A stretch of DNA of 64,000 nt. Origin: Neodothiora populina. Taxonomy: Eukaryota. The notes beneath the pieces were generated by a model that was not told the DNA's origin, did not search any database, and worked only from the letters and a program-made list of their open reading frames with translations. This document shows, piece after piece, positions 58,231 through 64,000 of this stretch. Where the stretch lies: NCBI RefSeq assembly GCF_041146345.1, contig NW_027191408.1:1302001-1366000 (forward strand), given 5' to 3'. The position numbers were made by a program, and so were the translations under genes. Position 1 is the stretch's first letter, and every line of letters starts with the position of its first letter.

Positions 58231-61200
58231 ATGGCCACAATCAAGGCCATACATCAAAAGTCTGTCCATCAGATCCAGTCGGGACAGGTGATTGTCGACC
58301 TCAACTCGGTGGTCAAAGAATTGGTGGAAAACAGCGTCGACGCTGGAGCTACATCGATTGAAGTGCGATTTCGTAACCATGGCCTTGATGCAATCGAGGT
58401 CGTCGACAATGGCTCAGGAATATCTCGGGATGACTATGAGTCTGTCGGTGAGTGTTCGAAGATACTACCTTGTCGGATTTGATGAAAAGCTGACTTGTCA
58501 TTTCAGCGCTCAAGCACCATACTTCGAAGCTGAGTACCTATGATGATCTTGAATCTCTAAGTACGTTTGGCTTCCGAGGCGAGGCTCTGGCATCGCTATG
58601 CGCTCTATCTAAATTACACGTGATAACCGCCCGTGATGTTGATGCGCCGAAAGGAAGCAGACTGGAGTTTGAATTCTCGGGTAAGCTTAGGAGTACGGCC
58701 ATCGTTGCAGCCCAGAAAGGAACCAGAGTGGTCGTGGAGAATCTGTTTCACAATCTCCCAGTCCGTAAGAAGGAGCTTGAGAAGAACATCAAACGGGAAT
58801 ATGGCAAAGTACTCGCCCTGCTGCAAGCTTATGCCTGTATCAGCACCGGCATCAGATTTGTTGTAAGCAATCAAATGCCCAAGGCCGGAAAGAACGTTGC
58901 GTTTTCTACCAACATGAATACCAACACGAAAGACAACATCACCAATGTGTTTGGCGTTAAGACTTCGCATGCATTAATCAGACTGGATCTCAGGCTAGCA
59001 CTGCGGCCCAGCAGGCCTGGTTTCTCATTCCAGCCGCATGCTACCACCGAAGCGAAGTCAGACTCTACTTCACAAGATGTGATTGTTCAGGGACATGTCT
59101 CGCGTCCGGTGTTTGGTGAGGGGCGTCAAGCTCCTGATCGTCAATTCTTCTTCGTCAATTCCCGTCCATGTGGCTTGCCCCAAGTTGCGAAGGCCTTCAA
59201 CGAGGCCTACAAGTCTTTCAATGTTTCGCAATCGCCTTTCATATTTGCCAATCTCGTCATGGACACATATGCATACGACGTCAACGTGTCTCCCGATAAG
59301 CGGACGATACTACTGCACGATCAAACAGAACTCCTCGAAAGTCTGGAGACGGCTCTGCTTCAGCTGTTCGAGGAACAAGAGCAGAGCGTGCCACAGTCAA
59401 AACTGGCAGCTGCTGCTCCGACCAGACTGCCCTCGTACAGGCCTTTAACAATTATGGACAATGCTATGGACCGGACTGGCAGCGGCAGTCCAGAAGCCTC
59501 TAGCCAACCTGCTACGGAAGACGATGGCGATGACGCTTCTCAGGATCCTTTGCCACAGCGAGCACCTCATAACTTGATTCACGAATGGATGGGCCGAGAC
59601 ACTGTCGATCGCACCACTGTGGGCTCATCTAGATCAGCAAAGCAGGAACAGGCGCCGGCCCTAGTTCAGAATGCGTTTGATCGTATGCGACCTTTACGCA
59701 CTCCTAAACAGGTTGCTGAGATTACTGTCGGTGGAACGACCACCAGGACAGTCATAGGCACTGGTGGTCCGTATAAGAAAAGAAGAATACACACTATAAT
59801 CACACCTTCGTCAGCATCGAGTCTCCACGTCTTCGCCATGCCGGGCTCCCAACTGGAGCATGACAACGACGATGGAGATGTTGAAGCCACAGACGAGGAG
59901 AATTACCATCGTGTGACAGAAGACGAAGAGGATTGCCCGAGCGACCTGACAAGCGCAGATGATGAGGAGTCTCATGCACGGCATGACGATGATGTATCTC
60001 CATCTCACAAGGAAAGCAGCCCTCAACGGGTCGGACAAGCTCAAGGTGTGGACAACGATGTGGGATCACGACAGACACGTGCTCCAGGCAAGGTACAAAT
60101 CGAGACTTCTGAATACAACAGGCAAGTGTCCACGACTGAGCCTGTCTCTACTCAATCGACCGCATGCCCATTCCTGCATGATCATACAGACGATGAAGAA
60201 GAAAACGAGCCAGAATGGTCACCTCGGGAGGAAGAAGCTGTGGTCTCACCCAGCCATCACCACGCACACTCGGAAGACTCCGATGGTGATTACGACGATG
60301 AAGATGCAAGGGCAAATGGAGACACCGAGGAAGTAGCTCGCTTGATACGTGACGCCGAGGTGACGGCTTTGCAGCAGCCATCAAGTGACAACACGAAGCG
60401 TGCCCACCAGGCGATGAGAGGATCTATTGGGTCCAGGTACAGTGTGTTGAATCTTACGACTTCGTCCCTAATTGATTTACACGAAATCAAGCAACAGGCT
60501 CTTTTGCTTGGTGACATCAATCCCAATAGGAACACAAGAGCAGTAGGAAGACCAAATCTTGATCTCGCGGATTATTTCGATAAGGCTGATGCCGAGAGTC
60601 GATTGTCACTCACTGTGTCTAAAGCCGATTTCAGATCTATGTCAGTCGCAGGACAGTTCAATTTAGGATTTATTATCGCCATGCGTCCCAGTGTCGAGGC
60701 GGCCAACGATGATTTGTTCATCATAGATCAACACGCGGCCGACGAGAAGTTCAATTTTGAGCGCTTCACGCACAGCCTAGAACTGGATTCACAGCGTCTT
60801 GCTCAACCAAAAAAGCTATACCTTACTGCTGTAGAAGAGGAAATCATACTGAATCATTCGGAAGCTTTGACAGCCAATGGTTTCATCATCGAGACAGACA
60901 CGTCCGGCACCTCACTGGTTGGCGAGCGCTGCAAGCTCATCTGCCTGCCAATGAGCAGAGACACGACTTTCGATCTCTCTGATCTCGAGGAGCTGCTGCA
61001 CTTCCTGTCTGATCACTCGGCGACGGCTTCAGCCCACACAATTCCGCGACCCACCAAAGTTCGCAAGATGCTAGCCATGAGAGCGTGTAGGAGCAGCATA
61101 ATGGTCGGCAAGACGCTCAACCAGCCTCAGATGCAGAGAGTAGTTGGGAACTTGGGCGAGATGGACAAGCCATGGAACTGTCCGCACGGCAGACCGACCA

Positions 61201-61337
61201 TGAGACACTTGGCTGGCTTAGGCAGTTGGGAAGCCTGGGACGAGCAGCAGGAATATCAACGTGGAGACGGCGACGTTGGAGGAGGACCAACAAAATGGCG
61301 CGACTGGGTTAGAAAAGTAAAGATGCGCGACGATTAA
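58231..61337 (+). CDS. PMS1: DNA mismatch repair endonuclease, MutL family (Pms1/PMS2), intron 58448-58506
   Basis: VKELVENSVDAG, DNGSG, TFGFRGEAL, GQFNLGF, DQHAADEKFNFE endonuclease motif, ACRSSIM, CPHGRP. Confidence 0.96.
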
Positions 61338-62093
61338 AGCGCATAAGCAAAGCATGTTCGCTTGCTGCCATACTGTAGCATAATGTGTGACCGGTGTTGG
61401 CGCAGGGGTGATGATGCAAGGCAAAAAGCAGGAAATTGTAGTATGATGATGGATATCTAGGAATGATGAAGGAGTGGAGAAAAGCCCCACTATATAGATG
61501 CAGGACAGTACCGGTGTTGTGTCATTTGTCTCCCGCATCGAGGCAGGTGCTTTCCTGACACCGGTGATGCTTTGCGCTACACTGCGTGCTCTTTGTTCCG
61601 TGCACGATACCCTAGCATAGCGCAACAATCCTTCTCGTATGTATCGAATCTGCAAACTCCGAACCGATGTGGTGAATCTGCAGATGTAATCAATCATCTA
61701 TGGGGTTCAGTGCGATCAATTGCGTGCTGGTGCCTTAATTGGTAAAACACGAGATCTGCGTTACTCGAATCCTTCGGTATAGCGCTGTGGGTCTTGGAGG
61801 ATTATTAACGCCGATTGTCGATTGTCGACCGACTCCCGGTACTTCCTTCAGCCTCAATAAGGAGTCAACAACGTCCTCCTGTAAAACACATTTGTAGTGC
61901 GCTGTCAACCATTGCTTTTATTGAAAATGCTGGAGGCCGTCAATGACCCGTCGTGTTGATGAAAAAAGGCTGAGATGATGTTTACATGTGGTACTGTGAT
62001 TCAAATATGTGAAAGAGAAGAAAAAGGGTATCATTGGGTTTATGCTAGCGACAAGAAAGGGGTAGAATTTGGACAAAGAAGAGGAAGTGAGAA

Positions 62094-63894
62094 TCAGACC
62101 AGCGACTGCATCTTCAGCGGGCTGTATTTCCACCGAGGCGTGCCCAAACTCGGCCAGCCCCTCGAGCGCACGTATCGCATGCAAAGGAAATGCGCGCCTC
62201 CCAGAACGAGCACCAGAGGTATCAGCCATAGAATGATCTCCAGCATTCTGTGTTCGGTTACCTTCTCGAACTCCGCCGTGTAGCCAAGGACATTGCCAGC
62301 TTGATCGCGCCCTGCTACACGATAGCGCGTGTATTTCCAACTGTCATCGAGCGCGAAAACACTTTCAAAGTTCCTCTCCTTCTTCACCACATCCAGAGAC
62401 TCGAACTTGTCGCCGTCGGTGGCACCCTGCAGCTCCCATGATTGAATCTCAGTCGCGCCGTTCCAGCTGGCATATACGCTGGAGTGCTTCATCTGTGCCT
62501 GAGGAGGATAGTCTGGCTTGCCGACCCAGCTTTGCACTTTTTGCGTTCGGTAGGAGACGATACGGCCCCAGAAGTCCAGCCACGAAGCGCCAAAGTGAGT
62601 CTCACATACAAGCGACCCGTCGACCTCGAACTCGCTGTACGCGGGAGAGTGGCCCCAGCCGATCACGACAAGTCCACCGTCCGGTCCGACCTGTAACGAA
62701 CCTTGAGATGGGGCACGCGTCCCTTGCATCGACACGTATGAGTGGAGAAGTTTGACGGTGCGATTGGCAACATCAAGTTGCAGCATCATACCCTTGCTAT
62801 GGGATGCTTCGATATGCAGGATTCCGGCTTCCTCGTTGTCGAAGAGAGTCAAGATACCCTCGGCCTCGGACACCCATCGCGCATCATGTTGCCATTTGAA
62901 GTCGGTCGCCGCACCGTCTGAAAGGTCCTTGAATTGGTTGCGTTCTCCGCCCAGAGCCCAGAGTATTTCACCAGTCTCGTGACTGACGGTAGCGATCAAA
63001 TGCAAGTGCCGCGAGGAGATGAGGTAGTCGCCTGCAGCGTCCTTGTCGATGCTGTTGATATGGAAAAAGTCGAAAGGACTGGCTTCCTTGTAGCCAGCAA
63101 AGGGGTTGGTCATATGCGATTCACCTGCGTCGAAATGATCGGAGGCCCTCCATTCGAACAATAAGTCGCCGGTCGCAATGTCAATTTCCTGGAAGATGCT
63201 GTCGGTGATCCATCCGTCGACGGGCCTGCCCATCCCAGAGAGATCGGCGACAGTCTTCTTGTAACTGGTCACGAGCGCCGTGTTGTTTTCTGTTATCTTG
63301 AACTCGTGCAAGTCGCCATGCATGTTGTCGCCTACGACGTGGACCTGATGACTAATTTGGTACGTTTCGTCCAACTTTGAACAAAAATCAACATTAAGCG
63401 CTTAGCCGGTCGCAGATAAATCATCGACATACCATGTAATAAGCACCTTGCCCGGAGCTTGCATCACGATGTCCACCCCAGAAAGTCAGGTAATTCTTGC
63501 CTTGGTATTGTTGACTCTTTAGGTTCATGACGGCACCAAACTGATCCGACATCCAGACGAGATTGCCTTCGCCATCGAGTATCATTGGTCCGGGGTTGGC
63601 GACAGAGTCGCCGGATGGAGTAAGGAGAACAAATCCATCACCACACCTCGCAGAGTCCCATTTCACGTGGGACGTAAGGGGCGAAGACAGGTTGAAAGAA
63701 ACATAACTTTGGGCGCGATATGGACCGTAAACCCCGAGATCATAAAAGGGTGTTTGCAGTGCAGGGAATAACCATCCCACGACCGGAAGAAACAACTGAT
63801 GAAACCCCAGAAGCACAAGCCCGGTGCCTGCAAGCGCCAGCAAAGAGAGAGCGACAACACGCAACCTGCTACACCAATTCATGAGTAAGTACAT
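62094..63894 (-). CDS. Arylsulfotransferase (ASST)-like membrane-anchored protein, intron 63375-63432
   Basis: GPMILDGEGNLVW, YLTFWGG, DLHEF, FQEIDIATG..LFEW, DFFHINS, YLISSRH, WQHDAR, SQGS, SWNGATE; hydrophobic segments at both ends. Start codon uncertain. Confidence 0.88.
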
Positions 63895-64000
63895 CTGTCG
63901 AGAAGAATCAACATCTTCCCCAATCGAAGACAAGAAGTACTGTTCCCCTCAATTAAAACATAAGCGAACCACCACATCTTATCGGTTTCTTGATTGTGGC

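Overview
Intron-containing, gene-dense genomic DNA from a filamentous ascomycete (Pezizomycotina-type GT-AG introns with CTRAC/CTAAC branch sites). There is no rRNA, CRISPR array or intact transposase. About 25 protein-coding genes are visible. The housekeeping genes are SPF1 P5A-ATPase, GLN4, PEP7, MET8, a METTL16/RlmF-like methyltransferase, IMP2, HET-C2/GLTP, LSM4 and PMS1. The secreted or accessory genes are an S28 peptidase, a GH28 endopolygalacturonase, a Cys-repeat secreted protein and an arylsulfotransferase-like protein. Four tRNA genes form a compact cluster (Tyr, Val, initiator Met, His). The most notable item is a contiguous six-gene block at 45.2-57.9 kb: a Liz1/Fen2-type MFS transporter, copper amine oxidase, NCS1 permease, old yellow enzyme, amidase and a PuuE-type hydrolase. 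Several of its promoters are GATA-rich and share a motif, so it looks like an uncharacterised cluster for catabolism of a nitrogen heterocycle. Other leads are a long structured intron in the METTL16-like gene, a hairpin-rich intergenic segment with U1-like motifs, and an intron-dependent C-terminal RDEL on the S28 peptidase. All calls come from reading the sequence by eye; no searches were run.
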